A DNA stretch of 64,000 nucleotides, from positions 7,304 through 71,303 of the forward strand of contig JAFTXE010000059.1 in assembly GCA_017461745.1 (NCBI GenBank), given 5' to 3'. The position numbers were made by a program, and so were the translations under genes. The first letter of the stretch is position 1. Each line of letters opens with the position of its first letter. Positions 18,902 to 28,937 of the stretch are shown piece after piece. Below the pieces are notes generated by a model. The model was given only the letters and a program-made list of their open reading frames with translations. It had not been told where the DNA came from and ran no database searches. Source of the DNA: Clostridia bacterium. Its GTDB lineage: Bacteria; Bacillota; Clostridia; Oscillospirales; CAG-272.

Positions 18902-20179
18902 TTACTCCTCGTCAAATCTTATCACAGCGCTCTTTGCATGCGCGCCCAAGCCTTCTTTATTTGCAAAGTATTCAACGTCTCTGCATACCTTCTCAAGCGC
19001 GTCTTCGGTGAAGTAAGAAAACTGCGTTTTCTTTATAAAGTCGTCTACGGACAGAGGGCTTGAAAATCTTGCCGTTCCGCTTGTGGGCAAAGTATGGTTA
19101 GGTCCTGCCATATAATCGCCAAGCGCCTCGGGACAATATTTACCCATAAATACAGAGCCTGCGTTTTTAATCTTATCAAGATACATAAACGGCTCGTCCA
19201 CGCATATTTCAAGATGCTCGGGCGCTATGCTATTAGCGACCTCGACAGCCTCGTCTATGCTACCCGTAATAATTATCTTTCCGTTATTGTTTATTGACGT
19301 AGTTGCTATATCTACTCTTTCAAGCAAGGGCAACTGACGCTCAAGCTCCTCGGCTACGTCGTAGGCGAGCTTTTCGCTATCGGTTACCAGAACCGCGCTT
19401 GCCATTCTATCGTGCTCTGCCTGAGAAAGCAAGTCTGCGGCTACGTATTTGGGATTACAAGTTGCGTCAGCGATAACGAGTATCTCACTCGGTCCTGCTA
19501 TCATATCAATAGATACCTTTCCGAACACCTGCTTCTTAGCCTCTGCCACGAATGCGTTACCCGGACCTACTATTTTATCCACCTGAGGTACGGTCTGAGT
19601 TCCGTAAGCAAGCGCCGCAATCGCCTGTGCGCCGCCGACCTTAAATACTCTGTTGACTCCCGCAACACGCGCCGCCGCAAGAATATGCGGATTTACCTTT
19701 CCCTCTTTTGAAGGGGGAGTTACCATAACTATTTCGGGACAGCCCGCTATCTTGGCGGGGATACAGTTCATAAGCACTGAGGAAGGATACGCCGCTGTAC
19801 CGCCCGGTACGTAAAGTCCCACCTTCTCTATCGGAATTATCTTCTGACCGATTATCACGCCATCTTTATCGTTTATGAGGAAGCTATTGCGTACCTGTCT
19901 TGAGTGGAATGCGTATATGCTTTCCGACGCGCGCTTAAGTATCTCGATAAACTTTGCATCGACCGATGCTACCGCCTCGTCTATTTCCTCCTCAGTTACC
20001 TCAATAGCACTGAGCCTTACCCCGTCAAATTTTTCGGAATAACGAAGCAACGCCTCGTCTTTATCCGCTCTGACGTTCTTTATGATATCCGCTACTATCT
20101 CCTCGACGTTTATCGTGGATTCCGTGCGGGCAAATATTTCTTCCTTGGTTATTTCACCGTATTTATATGTGCGAATCAT
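18902..20179 (-). CDS. hisD: Histidinol dehydrogenase
   Basis: GLYVPGG, GGAQAIAALAYG, DKIVGPGN, IDMIAGPSE, QAEHD, APEHLE, GPNHTLPT. Confidence 0.97.
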   Translation of the reverse strand: MIRTYKYGEITKEEIFARTESTINVEEIVADIIKNVRADKDEALLRYSEKFDGVRLSAIEVTEEEIDEAVASVDAKFIEILKRASESIYAFHSRQVRNSFLINDKDGVIIGQKIIPIEKVGLYVPGGTAAYPSSVLMNCIPAKIAGCPEIVMVTPPSKEGKVNPHILAAARVAGVNRVFKVGGAQAIAALAYGTQTVPQVDKIVGPGNAFVAEAKKQVFGKVSIDMIAGPSEILVIADATCNPKYVAADLLSQAEHDRMASAVLVTDSEKLAYDVAEELERQLPLLERVDIATTSINNNGKIIITGSIDEAVEVANSIAPEHLEICVDEPFMYLDKIKNAGSVFMGKYCPEALGDYMAGPNHTLPTSGTARFSSPLSVDDFIKKTQFSYFTEDALEKVCRDVEYFANKEGLGAHAKSAVIRFDEE

Positions 20180-20201
20180 TTGTTTCCTCCGACGTATGCG
20201 T

Positions 20202-20834
20202 TTAAAGATTGAGATTTTTTCTTACTGCCTCGCAAATACCGTTTATCTCAGCGTTCTTGAATTTATAGCTCACCTTATTGGCTATAAGTATAGCGCTGAT
20301 ATCAACTATATCCTGCTTTGGCTCAAGATTGTTTTCATAGAGCGTTTTTCCTGTTTCCACGATGTCAACGATAACGTCGGAAAGACCGAGAATGGGCGCT
20401 ATTTCTATGGAACCGTTTAATTTTATGATGTCAATATCTCTGCTTTGGCTATTATAATAATTTCTCGCTATATTCGGGAACTTGGTGGCAACTCTCAGAA
20501 CTCCGTCGCGTCTGTCGCAGAAGTCCTTCTTCGCCGCCACTGCCATACGGCATTTGCCTATGCCGAGGTCCGCAAGCTCGTATATGTCGGGAGAATATTC
20601 AAGAATTATATCCTTTCCCGCAATTCCTATATCAGCCGCTCCGCGCTCAACGTAGATAACTACGTCTGAGGGCTTTACCCAAAAGTATCTTACTCCCTTT
20701 TCCTCGTTCTCAAATATAAGCTTTCTGTTCTGCTCTCTGATAGACGGGCACTCAAAGCCTGACGCTTCAAGAATCGAGTATACCTTCTCGCCAAGTCTGC
20801 CCTTAGGGAGCGCTATGTTAATCATTTGTTTCAA
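20202..20834 (-). CDS. hisG: ATP phosphoribosyltransferase, short form
   Basis: IALPKGRL, RVATKFPN, GSIEIAP, DIVETGKTL. 210 aa. Confidence 0.96.
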   Translation of the reverse strand: MKQMINIALPKGRLGEKVYSILEASGFECPSIREQNRKLIFENEEKGVRYFWVKPSDVVIYVERGAADIGIAGKDIILEYSPDIYELADLGIGKCRMAVAAKKDFCDRRDGVLRVATKFPNIARNYYNSQSRDIDIIKLNGSIEIAPILGLSDVIVDIVETGKTLYENNLEPKQDIVDISAILIANKVSYKFKNAEINGICEAVRKNLNL

Positions 20835-21945
20835 GGATCTCTATTCCTCCCTTGCCAATTTTAAGAAGCTGACGGTATCTTACGAATTCATCCGCGCGTC
20901 TTGCCGTCTTGACCGTTTTTCCGCTGTCTGACAGCAGCTTTACGGTATCTATAATACTTTTACTTTCGGTATCCGTATCGTAGATAAGAAGCACGTCGGT
21001 ATCGTATTCTATCTGCTCCTTACCGAATCTTTCAAGCGCGTCAAGGTATACGGCAAAGCCGATAGCTCCGCACTTCTTTCCCATTTTCAAAAGCAGTCTG
21101 TCGTATCTTCCGCCAGAGAGCACGCTATCGGGAATTCCGTTTATAAAGCCCTTGAAAATTACGCCGTCGTAATAATTGCAATCGTTTACGACCGAGAAAT
21201 CAAAATAAAGCTTATCAGAAAGTCCGTAAATACTCATGGTATCGCTTATATGTCGAAGCTCGTCATACGCCGCTCTCATTTTTCCGTCGGTAACAAATTC
21301 CTCAATAATCGAAAGCGACTGCGCAAGCGTGGTATACATCTGCGTCATTTTACAAAGTGTATCGCAGAGCTTTTCCGATATTCTGCCGCTTGCGGCAAGC
21401 TTTTTCATTGCCGCAGTATTCTTGCTTTTTACATATCCGAGGATATCGTCTCTATCCGCGCCCTGAGTGTCCTCACTGTCGAGCAAGCCCTCGACGATAC
21501 CCATATGTGATATATCAAGTATATAGTCGTTACTTATGGATTCAAGGCTTCTGAGCGCAAGCATTACTACCTCGCTCTCCGCAAAAATATCTACGTCGCC
21601 AACACATTCAAGCCCCGTCTGCATTATTTCCTTAAAGCCGTGGCTCTCGGCTGACGTGCGATAAACGTTCTCATTGTAATAAAGCTTATGGGTCACGCCC
21701 TCCTCAAAGGAAATATTTTTTACTATCGACAGCGTAACGTCGGGCTTAAGCGCCATAAGCTTACCGTTGGTATCGGTGAACGTCAGCACATTCTCGCTAA
21801 CGAGAAAGCTTTTATTTCTTGCGTACAGGTCGTATTCCTCGAATTTACCTACTCTGTACTGTGAATATCCGAATTTTCTGTAAAGCTCCCTAAGCGCGTA
21901 TATTGCGCGCTCGTCACTTCTCAGCACGTCTTTAGAAGGAGTCAT
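20818..21945 (-). CDS. hisZ: ATP phosphoribosyltransferase regulatory subunit
   Basis: HisRS-like ALKPDVTLSI, EIMQTGLE, YYDGVIF, GGRYD, AIGFA. Adjacent to short hisG. Confidence 0.93.
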   Translation of the reverse strand: MTPSKDVLRSDERAIYALRELYRKFGYSQYRVGKFEEYDLYARNKSFLVSENVLTFTDTNGKLMALKPDVTLSIVKNISFEEGVTHKLYYNENVYRTSAESHGFKEIMQTGLECVGDVDIFAESEVVMLALRSLESISNDYILDISHMGIVEGLLDSEDTQGADRDDILGYVKSKNTAAMKKLAASGRISEKLCDTLCKMTQMYTTLAQSLSIIEEFVTDGKMRAAYDELRHISDTMSIYGLSDKLYFDFSVVNDCNYYDGVIFKGFINGIPDSVLSGGRYDRLLLKMGKKCGAIGFAVYLDALERFGKEQIEYDTDVLLIYDTDTESKSIIDTVKLLSDSGKTVKTARRADEFVRYRQLLKIGKGGIEILETND

Positions 21946-22235
21946 TCCGCATCCTCCTTTATTTTATCGAGTATCGCGGCGTATCCCCCTGCTCCGTATG
22001 TATAGCTGCGGTTAACACGGCTTATGGTTGCGGTGCTTGCGCCCGTTTCCTCTACGATCTTATTATATACTACCTGCTCGGAAAGCATCTTTGCCACGAG
22101 CATTCTCTGCGCTATGTCAAGCAGCTCCTTTCTCGTCATCAAATCCTCAAGAAGAGCTTCGCAATCCTTTTGATTATCTACTGCTACAAGTGCTTTTACA
22201 AGAAGGTTGTAGCCTTCATTTTCGTTGAGATTCAT
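21942..22235 (-). CDS. yerC: YerC/YecD family TrpR-like regulator (HisR candidate)
   Basis: LEDLMTRKEL, QRMLVAKML, TGASTATISRVNRS, YGAGGY. Confidence 0.9.
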   Translation of the reverse strand: MNLNENEGYNLLVKALVAVDNQKDCEALLEDLMTRKELLDIAQRMLVAKMLSEQVVYNKIVEETGASTATISRVNRSYTYGAGGYAAILDKIKEDAE

Positions 22236-22252
22236 GAGAAAAATCCCCTTTC

Positions 22253-22297
22253 ACTTTAATACTTTAATATGATAACACATTAAACCGTTTTTGTCAA
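22253..22297 (-). promoter_or_regulatory. his operon sigma-A promoter with tandem ACTTTAAT repeats (candidate operator)
   Basis: Minus strand TTGACA (22297-92), 17 nt, TATCAT (22274-69). ACTTTAAT occurs at 22253 and 22261. Confidence 0.75.
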
Positions 22298-22412
22298 TGA
22301 CTTTTGCTTAATTTTTATCCGTACTTTTCAACAATTCTGCTGTATGTTGAGGTTATTTTTTTGACATGTTACTTTAATATTATTTTTAAAAGTCACTTTG
22401 TGTTAAGAGCAC

Positions 22413-22556
22413 GCCGACTTCGTCGGCTACCCTCATCACATGGCGAGCCCGCAAGTTCGCAAGCGAACATTGCCAGCTATCGCGGGAGCTTCCCCCAAGG
22501 AAAGCCTTTGTAATTACGCATTTAAGGGAAAGGAGCGTATGTTTCTCCTTTCCCTT
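22413..22556. repeat. GC-rich REP-like multi-hairpin element plus a 12-bp hairpin
   Basis: gccgac/gtcggc, gttcgc/gcgaac, ccctcatca...agcttccccc frame, and perfect aagggaaaggag/ctcctttccctt (22524-56). Confidence 0.55.
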
Positions 22557-22564
22557 CGGTATTT

Positions 22565-23224
22565 CTATAAAAGCCTCTGTCCGTTTATTGAGAGGTGGAA
22601 CGCGAGTCCCAAACGCTCTGCGGCTTTTCGACAGAGCACCATTCGTCCGAGAAATATCTCAAAATACTCCATCACCGAGCTATACTTGGTATCTATCTCA
22701 ATTTCAAGCAATATAGTATCTTTTCCCTCTCCGATGGTAAGCTCCGAGGATACCGCGGAATAGTTTACTCTGTCGTGAATATCAAATGTAGAGACATCAT
22801 TATTTCTGACTCTCGTTCTTCGCACGTCGGATTTATCCGCAAGTATAAGTGCCGCCGATATGGGATTCACGGGAACTCCCGTTCCTTCGTCGTGGTTTCC
22901 TATAGCAGTTACCACCGTTGCGATATCCTCCGCGGGCATTCCGAGCTTATCGAGAATACGGAATGACATTATAGCTCCGCTTTGCGAATGGTCAACTCTG
23001 TTGACGAGATTTCCTATATCGTGCATATGAGCCGCAATCTTTGCAAGCTCGATTTCATGCTCGTCGTATCCGAGAGTTGAAAGTATATACTCTACCCAAG
23101 CTGCCGCACGTCCGACATGAGCAAAGCTATGCTCTGTGTATCCTTGCGCCTTGAGCGACTCGTCGGCGCGTTTTATATATTCGCAAATCGCTTTATTTTC
23201 CTTTATATCCTTATAAGTCAGCAT
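22565..23224 (-). CDS. HD domain phosphohydrolase
   Basis: EHSFAHV, AAHMHDIGN, IGNHDE, LILADKSD. Confidence 0.88.
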   Translation of the reverse strand: MLTYKDIKENKAICEYIKRADESLKAQGYTEHSFAHVGRAAAWVEYILSTLGYDEHEIELAKIAAHMHDIGNLVNRVDHSQSGAIMSFRILDKLGMPAEDIATVVTAIGNHDEGTGVPVNPISAALILADKSDVRRTRVRNNDVSTFDIHDRVNYSAVSSELTIGEGKDTILLEIEIDTKYSSVMEYFEIFLGRMVLCRKAAERLGLAFHLSINGQRLL

Positions 23225-23255
23225 ATTTACTCCGTTATCTCATTTTTTCAAGCAC

Positions 23256-24068
23256 TTAGTTATTATTCTGCTCCTCCGCCTTTTTCTCATTCAAAAAGCG
23301 CTCAATTTCGTCGGGTGTTATCCTGATGAGCTGATAAATAACGTATACGGCTACTATTACGGCAACGACCGCGGTAAGTATTACCGTTGGCATTGTCCAT
23401 ATTGCTCCGCCGCCGCATTCGGGAACAACACCTCCCGCAAAATTATATACGGCGTGGAGTATTACGCAATACCAAATGTTAGACGTTTTTATAAGTATTA
23501 CCGAACACATTCCTCCGATAAGGAAGGAATAACCCACCTGCAAAATAACCGCCGCAGGAGACGCGCCCGAAAATATATTTACGAGGTGCACTATCCCGAA
23601 CACTGCCGAGGAAATTGCGATAGACCAGAAAACGTCCACCCATCTGCGCTTTCGCCTTTGAAGAATGACGGTAAATATACATCCTCTGAACGCCATTTCC
23701 TCAAAAAGACCTACTCCAAGGCACACGGCAGCATACAGCAAAATACGCTTTGGCTCAGCGTCAATATAAGCTTGACCGCTAAAATACGTTATAAACGGAA
23801 AGTTATTTATCGCCACCGCCATGCACGGCAGAAAAATAGCAAACGCCCTTAAGCTTGTTTTGGGCGACAGCATTTTTTTTGAGGAATACAGATAAATGAA
23901 CACCATGCAAGCAAAGCCGCCGAGAAATCTTGTGGTTATAGAATAAAGAGTTTCGCCATAGACCTCAGACGTAAAGATCTTGGTATGAAACAGCTCAATA
24001 ACAAGCAGTGCCGCAAACCAAACCGCCGCACAGGACAGCAGTATTCGCTTTTTTATTATAGGCTTCAT
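23256..24068 (-). CDS. CPBP (CAAX protease-like) intramembrane metalloprotease
   Basis: FEEMAFRG, FGIVH, HAVYN motifs within multiple TM helices. Confidence 0.88.
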   Translation of the reverse strand: MKPIIKKRILLSCAAVWFAALLVIELFHTKIFTSEVYGETLYSITTRFLGGFACMVFIYLYSSKKMLSPKTSLRAFAIFLPCMAVAINNFPFITYFSGQAYIDAEPKRILLYAAVCLGVGLFEEMAFRGCIFTVILQRRKRRWVDVFWSIAISSAVFGIVHLVNIFSGASPAAVILQVGYSFLIGGMCSVILIKTSNIWYCVILHAVYNFAGGVVPECGGGAIWTMPTVILTAVVAVIVAVYVIYQLIRITPDEIERFLNEKKAEEQNNN

Positions 24069-24850
24069 TACAAAGTCTCTCCTGACTGCTCTTTTTTTAC
24101 GCTGATTTTCATAACTGCAAACAAAATGGCAGCGCCTATTATCATGGCTATTGCGGTAAGCTGTGAGGGTGTAAGGAAGCTGATAAAGGTATATCCTCTG
24201 TAATCGTCTCTTGCGTATTCAATGAGAAATCTCCATATGCCGTAGACCGCCATATAAAGTGGCAGATTATACGTTCTTCCCTTTAACACTCTATAAAGAA
24301 AAAGTCCGAACAACGCAAAGAGAATTAGCGCCTCAAAAAGCTGAATGGGGACTACCTTCTTATCTATGTTCTGCATATGTATACCGTACCACGCGTCAGT
24401 TTCCGCTCCGTAACAGCACCCAGCCATAAGACAGCCTATACGTCCAAAGCCGTGAGCGATAGCGATACAGGGTGCGGCAATATCGGTAATGGTACGCAGA
24501 TTGCGTATATGCTCCTTACTTTCTTTGAAAAGGAACTTACCCGCAATAAAGTAAACTAACAGAAAGAACGCCGCTCCACCTATAAGTCCTCCGTAAAAGG
24601 TAGCGCCTGTTTTGGAGTCAATACGAAATTCACCGTATTTGGGAATATTATAAAACGCCTGAAACAGCACGGCAGAATAATACCCGACCATAATGGACGC
24701 AACGGCGTTAAACAGGCAGAGATTTTGAAGCCTTGCGCCAAGTCCGCGTTTATCGGCTACAAATCTATATACAAAAATAGCCGAAACCGCTGCCAAGCAA
24801 AGCATGATAACGTACATATCTATTCCCGGTAGTATTTCATGTGGATACAT
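24068..24850 (-). CDS. lgt: Prolipoprotein diacylglyceryl transferase
   Basis: TFYGGLIG, GRIGCLMAGCCYG, PIQLFEA, YGIWRFLIEYAR. Confidence 0.9.
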   Translation of the reverse strand: MYPHEILPGIDMYVIMLCLAAVSAIFVYRFVADKRGLGARLQNLCLFNAVASIMVGYYSAVLFQAFYNIPKYGEFRIDSKTGATFYGGLIGGAAFFLLVYFIAGKFLFKESKEHIRNLRTITDIAAPCIAIAHGFGRIGCLMAGCCYGAETDAWYGIHMQNIDKKVVPIQLFEALILFALFGLFLYRVLKGRTYNLPLYMAVYGIWRFLIEYARDDYRGYTFISFLTPSQLTAIAMIIGAAILFAVMKISVKKEQSGETL

Positions 24851-24885
24851 ATTGCACCTCCTTGAAAATATATTTTACTACAAAT

Positions 24886-24930
24886 AATTATACCGCAAAA
24901 TGACGTAAATGTCAATTCTGCGGTATAATT
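24886..24930 (-). promoter_or_regulatory. lgt promoter embedded in an inverted repeat
   Basis: Minus strand TTGACA (24915-10), 17 nt, TATAAT (24892-87), inside the perfect 12-bp IR aattataccgca/tgcggtataatt. Confidence 0.75.
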
Positions 24931-24950
24931 TTTACAATATGTTTGCAATA

Positions 24951-25316
24951 TTATCTTTTAGAATATACTTTAGCTCCGAATGGGGCGAAAGCAAGCTTGG
25001 CATATTTGAAGCCTTGAATTCCTACGGGGACTCCCACTACCGTGATACAGCACAGCAGCCCTGCAAGCATAAACACGAGAAACGTCTCCCAACCCAAAAA
25101 TATCAGCCAAACGGTATTGGCTATCGGGTGCTCCATGTAATTGAGCTTTACCTTTTTGCCAAAGGGAGCGAAGGATATCTTGGCAAACTTAAACAGCTGA
25201 ATGCCCAGCGGTATACCCACTATGGTGATACACAGAACGATTCCGCCAATTCCCCACAGGAGCGCCGAAATAAGTCCTCCCAAAATAAACCAGATAACGT
25301 TAGCTATCTTTCTCAT
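24951..25316 (-). CDS. YccF domain inner membrane protein
   Basis: Two repeats of ANxxWxxxGG...CITIVGIPLG...AFAPFG. Confidence 0.88.
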   Translation of the reverse strand: MRKIANVIWFILGGLISALLWGIGGIVLCITIVGIPLGIQLFKFAKISFAPFGKKVKLNYMEHPIANTVWLIFLGWETFLVFMLAGLLCCITVVGVPVGIQGFKYAKLAFAPFGAKVYSKR

Positions 25317-25328
25317 AAAAGCTCCTTC

Positions 25329-25745
25329 TTAATCTGCCTTGGTCTCGCAATAAATACAACGGAATACTCTGTTCTCAACGTCGGTAAGTCTGAATACGTG
25401 AGGAAGCTCCTGCTCGGTGCTTGTGATACAACGGGGATTTTTGCAGAATATAACGTTCTTTATCTCGCTCGGGAGTGATATTCTTTTCTTTTCAACCAAG
25501 TTTCCGTCCTTTATAATATCAACGGTAACACCGGGATCAACGTAGCCGAGTATCTTCATATCGAGAACGACTTCTCCGTCTATCTTGATAATATCCTTCT
25601 TACCCATTTTATTGCTATGAACGTTCTTGATAATAGCTATGGAGCAATCGAGCTTATCAAGTCCGAGAAGGTGATAAAGCTCCATGCCTCTGCCTGCGGT
25701 GATATGGTCGATAACAATTCCGTTCTTTATAGAATCTATATGCAT
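25329..25745 (-). CDS. pyrI: Aspartate carbamoyltransferase regulatory chain
   Basis: IKNGIVIDHI, KKDIIKI, CKNPRCIT, RCIYCE. Start overlaps the pyrB stop (TAATG). Confidence 0.95.
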   Translation of the reverse strand: MHIDSIKNGIVIDHITAGRGMELYHLLGLDKLDCSIAIIKNVHSNKMGKKDIIKIDGEVVLDMKILGYVDPGVTVDIIKDGNLVEKKRISLPSEIKNVIFCKNPRCITSTEQELPHVFRLTDVENRVFRCIYCETKAD

Positions 25746-26659
25746 TACAGCACCTCCAGAGCTTTGAGTATAAGGCTCATACGCATTATCTTGCCATAGT
25801 AGACCTGCTTGAAATAGCAAGCTCTTGGGTCGTCGTCAATAGCGACAGCTATCTCGTTTACACGGGGCAACGGATGAAGTATTGACAAGTCGGGCTTTGC
25901 GTTTTTGAGCTTTTCGGGAGTGAGGATATAACTATCCTTGAGTCTGAGGTAATCCTCCTCATTGAAGAATCTTTCCTTCTGAACGCGGGTCATATAAAGC
26001 ACGTCAAGCTCGGGCATGACCTCTTCAAGCTCCGTCGTCTGCACGTACTCAATATTCTTCTGCTTAAGTATATCCTTCTTAACGTAGCTTGGAACCTTAA
26101 GCTCCACGGGAGAGATAAGCACGAACTTTACGTTCTCGTATCTTGCCATAGCGGCAATAAGAGAATGTACCGTTCTTCCAAACTTAAGGTCTCCGCAAAG
26201 TCCCACGGTCATATTGTCAAGTCTTCCCTTTTCGCAGTAAATGGTACAAAGGTCAGCCAATGTCTGCGTGGGGTGGTTATGTCCGCCGTCTCCCGCATTG
26301 ATAACGGGGATAGTCGCGTTCATAGAAGCAACCAACGGCGCGCCCTCCTTGGGATGACGCATTGCGATGATGTCAGCATAATTAGAGATAGTCTTTGCCG
26401 TGTCTGCAACGCTCTCGCCCTTTGCCGCCGAGGACGACTCAGCGCTTGATACGGACAGAACGTTTCCGCCAAGCTCGTACATAGCAGCCTCAAAGGAAAG
26501 GCGGGTACGGGTGGACGGCTCAAAGAACAGCGTCGCAAGCTTTTTGCCCTTGCACATCTCACTGTACTTTGCGGGATTGTTGATTATATCTTGGGCTATC
26601 TTCAACAGCTCATCTATTTCGGCAGTTGAAAGCTCTTGAATATCAATCAGACTTCTCAT
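25745..26659 (-). CDS. pyrB: Aspartate carbamoyltransferase catalytic subunit
   Basis: [41 protein letters not shown]. Confidence 0.97.
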   Translation of the reverse strand: MRSLIDIQELSTAEIDELLKIAQDIINNPAKYSEMCKGKKLATLFFEPSTRTRLSFEAAMYELGGNVLSVSSAESSSAAKGESVADTAKTISNYADIIAMRHPKEGAPLVASMNATIPVINAGDGGHNHPTQTLADLCTIYCEKGRLDNMTVGLCGDLKFGRTVHSLIAAMARYENVKFVLISPVELKVPSYVKKDILKQKNIEYVQTTELEEVMPELDVLYMTRVQKERFFNEEDYLRLKDSYILTPEKLKNAKPDLSILHPLPRVNEIAVAIDDDPRACYFKQVYYGKIMRMSLILKALEVL

Positions 26660-27303
26660 TTATTGCCTCCGATCCAGCTTTCATCGGAAGGATTATTTCT
26701 GAACGCGATAAGTCTTGCAATATCGCTTTCCTTAATGTAACCCGTATCAGCCGCAACCTGAGCGATACAGTCAAAATCGGTAAGGCTTACGTTCTTTACG
26801 TTAGCCTCCTCAAGTCTTACAAGACCCTTCTTCATTCCGTAAGTGAAGATGGAAACTATTCCGAGAACGTCAGCGCCTGCCTCGCGGAGAGTATTAACGA
26901 CCTCGATAACGCTGCCGCCCGTGGATATAAGGTCCTCAACAACGACTACTTTCTGTCCCTTTTCGAGTCTTCCCTCTATCTGATTCTGTCTACCGTGGTC
27001 CTTAGCGCCCGAGCGAACGTAGCCCATAGGCATACCGAGAAGATGTCCCGTAATAGCCGCGTGAGCGATACCCGCTGTGGAAGTACCCATAAGAACCTCT
27101 GCGTCGGGGTAGTTTTCCTTAATAAGCTTTGCAAGTCCCTCTTCAACGTCGGTTCTTACCTTAACAGAGGTAAGGGTAAGTCTGTTATCACAGTAAACGG
27201 GGCTCTTGATTCCCGACGCCCACGTAAAAGGCTCTTCGGGTCTGAAAAATACTGCCTTGATATCAAGCAAGTCCTTAGCAATTGTCTTCTGAAGCTCTGT
27301 CAT
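26656..27303 (-). CDS. pyrE: Orotate phosphoribosyltransferase
   Basis: [30 protein letters not shown]. Confidence 0.97.
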   Translation of the reverse strand: MTELQKTIAKDLLDIKAVFFRPEEPFTWASGIKSPVYCDNRLTLTSVKVRTDVEEGLAKLIKENYPDAEVLMGTSTAGIAHAAITGHLLGMPMGYVRSGAKDHGRQNQIEGRLEKGQKVVVVEDLISTGGSVIEVVNTLREAGADVLGIVSIFTYGMKKGLVRLEEANVKNVSLTDFDCIAQVAADTGYIKESDIARLIAFRNNPSDESWIGGNK

Positions 27304-27327
27304 TTTTATATACCTTCCTTTTCTAAA

Positions 27328-28026
27328 TTAATCAACGAATTCAGCAACGCAGCGATTATAAGCGGCAACGGGGTCAGCAGCAGCGGTTATAGGACGTCCT
27401 ACGACGATATAATCCGAGCCTATAGCCTTTGCGTCAGCGGGGGTCATTACTCTGACCTGATCTCCGATATCGCCGTCTGCAAAGCGTACACCTGGGGTAA
27501 CGGTCAAAAATTCCTTTCCGCATCTGTTGTGCACCTTTTCTGCTTCTCTGGGAGAACAAACCACTCCGTCAAGTCCTGCCTTCTTGGCATTGCTTGCGTA
27601 GTGCATAACTACCTCGTCAAGAGGTCTGTCTATGAGAAGGTCCTCTCTCATTCTCTCCTCACTTGTAGAGGTGAGCTGAGTTACGGCAATAAGCAGAGGA
27701 CGTGTGCCATCGGGTCTGGTAAGTCCTTCAAGAGCCGCTTCCATCATAGCGATAGTTCCGCTCGCGTGAAGGTTGGTCATATCAACGTCAAGTCCCGAAA
27801 GGACCGCCATTGATTTCTTTACGGTATTGGGGATATCACAGAGCTTGAGGTCAAGGAATATTTTATGTCCTCTCTCCTTTATCTCCTTTACGATTGCAGG
27901 ACCTTCAGCATAGAAAAGCTCCATGCCGATCTTTACGAAGGGCTTTCTTCCCTCAAATTTATCAAGAAAGCTGAGCACCTCCTTTTTGCTGTTAAAGTCA
28001 CAAGCAATAATTACGTCCTTTCCCAT
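27328..28026 (-). CDS. pyrF: Orotidine-5'-phosphate decarboxylase
   Basis: [38 protein letters not shown]. Confidence 0.97.
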   Translation of the reverse strand: MGKDVIIACDFNSKKEVLSFLDKFEGRKPFVKIGMELFYAEGPAIVKEIKERGHKIFLDLKLCDIPNTVKKSMAVLSGLDVDMTNLHASGTIAMMEAALEGLTRPDGTRPLLIAVTQLTSTSEERMREDLLIDRPLDEVVMHYASNAKKAGLDGVVCSPREAEKVHNRCGKEFLTVTPGVRFADGDIGDQVRVMTPADAKAIGSDYIVVGRPITAAADPVAAYNRCVAEFVD

Positions 28027-28937
28027 TAGTGGGCACCTCCTATTATATCTTTTAAATTATTTATTTTATACTTTTCCATAACCTCGGGAAGCTTGTCCAC
28101 GATATCCCTGCATATATAGGGATCAACGAGATTAGCGCTTCCTATCTCAACTGCCGTCGCTCCCGCAAGCATCATTTCGATAACGTCCTCAGCCGAAGAA
28201 AGACCGCCCATTCCCACAATGGGAATATTGACGTTTTCATAAACCTGATAAACCATACGGAGCGCCACGGGCTTTATCGCGGGTCCCGAAAATCCGCCCA
28301 TTTTATTGGCGATAACGGGCTTCTTGGTTCTGAGGTCAATACTCATACCAAGCATGGTATTTATCATACTGATAGCATCCGCCCCCTCAGCCTCACACGC
28401 CTTGGCAATGGAGACTATGTCGGTAACGTTTGGAGAAAGCTTTATTATAACGGGCTTGGTCGTGACTGCCTTTACTGACTTTACAACCGACGCCGCGCCC
28501 TCGGACGTTACTCCAAAGCTCATGCCGCCTCCATGTACGTTGGGGCACGAGACGTTTATTTCAAGCCAGCCTACCTGTTCCTCTTTATCAAGTATCCTCG
28601 ACACCTCGGTATACTCCTCAATGGAAAATCCGCAGATATTAGCCATAACGGGCTTATGGAAGAATTTTTTCAGTTCGGGAAGCTCGTGCTCCACAACCGC
28701 CTTGACACCTGGGTTCTGAAGTCCGACGGCGTTTATCATGCCTGCCGTACACTCGGCAATTCTCGGAGTAGGATTACCGAATCTTGCCTCAAGCGTCGTT
28801 CCCTTGAAGGAAAAGCTTCCGAGGCAGTTTATATCGTAAATCTCATTGAATTCCTTACCGTATCCAAACGTACCGCTGGCGGGTATCAGAGGATTATCTA
28901 TCTCTATGCCGCAAAGGCTTACCTTTGTATTTACCAT
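28026..28937 (-). CDS. pyrD: Dihydroorotate dehydrogenase B catalytic subunit
   Basis: [39 protein letters not shown]. Confidence 0.96.
   Translation of the reverse strand: MVNTKVSLCGIEIDNPLIPASGTFGYGKEFNEIYDINCLGSFSFKGTTLEARFGNPTPRIAECTAGMINAVGLQNPGVKAVVEHELPELKKFFHKPVMANICGFSIEEYTEVSRILDKEEQVGWLEINVSCPNVHGGGMSFGVTSEGAASVVKSVKAVTTKPVIIKLSPNVTDIVSIAKACEAEGADAISMINTMLGMSIDLRTKKPVIANKMGGFSGPAIKPVALRMVYQVYENVNIPIVGMGGLSSAEDVIEMMLAGATAVEIGSANLVDPYICRDIVDKLPEVMEKYKINNLKDIIGGAH

Noticed and set aside
26626-27813. 395-aa plus-strand ORF.
   Set aside because: It is the antisense shadow of pyrE/pyrF, has no recognisable motif, and conflicts with well-supported genes. The same applies to the other long antisense ORFs (for example 2948-3718 and 14968-15714).
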